DNA of 17,159 nucleotides from a bacterium (GTDB lineage Bacteria; Krumholzibacteriota; Krumholzibacteriia; LZORAL124-64-63): NCBI GenBank assembly GCA_031441465.1, contig JANOEP010000023.1, positions 1 to 17,159 of the forward strand, read 5' to 3'. Shown piece by piece: positions 17,054 to 17,159 of this stretch (position 1 is its first letter; each line of letters starts with the position of its first letter). The notes under the pieces were generated by a model. It saw only the letters and a program-made list of their open reading frames with translations, ran no database searches and was not told where the DNA came from. The position numbers and the translations under genes were made by a program.

Positions 17054-17158
17054 CCGTTCGATCTTGGCCAGGATCGAATCGGCGGTTGCGGTCCAGGCGA
17101 ACGGCTTGGTCTCGCGGTTGTACGTCGCGACGTAGCTCTCGATCTTTGCCACAAGGTC
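17021..17158 (-). CDS. IS630-family transposase, C-terminal 45 aa (rest outside window)
   Basis: Not in the ORF track. Minus-strand translation is DLVAKIESYVATYNRETKPFAWTATADSILAKIERLCIAIAGTGH*, the characteristic IS630 tail (PFxWTATADSILxK...GTGH). The TAG stop falls inside the CTAG junction. Confidence 0.88.
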   Translation of the reverse strand, partial: DLVAKIESYVATYNRETKPFAWTATADSILAKIERLCIAIAGTGH

Positions 17159-17159
17159 C
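17022..17159 (-). mobile_element. Right end of an IS630-family insertion sequence
   Basis: Element end reads TA-GTGTCCTGTCCCGGCAATAGCTATACA at a CTAG site. IS630 elements duplicate TA, often within CTAG. Confidence 0.85.

Overview
GC-rich bacterial chromosomal segment, mostly envelope and secreted-protein genes with accessory genes in between. In order: the 3' end of a TamA/BamA-family Omp85 gene and a full TamB (DUF490) gene; two outward-facing AAA_14/DUF4143-type ATPase-nuclease genes flanking a signal-peptide-bearing SagB/ThcOx nitroreductase and a small 3-TM protein; two small lipoproteins; a membrane-anchored coiled-coil protein; a GT-C (AftB-like) membrane glycosyltransferase; a Fic-wHTH protein; an M64 metallopeptidase; and an SBBP beta-propeller gene cut by an IS630 element at the right edge. 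The most unusual locus is 12915-14308. There an AT-rich promoter region precedes a ~214-nt non-coding element that folds into a ~55-60 bp rod capped by two hairpins with CsrA/RsmA-type loops (C-ACGGAU-G and C-AGGAU-G). Directly downstream is a Fic gene whose catalytic His is Gln and whose autoinhibitory Glu is Asp. Both DUF4143 ATPase genes also look leaderless, each with a near-consensus sigma70 promoter overlapped by its own palindrome. All family assignments come from motif recognition by eye; no database search was run.
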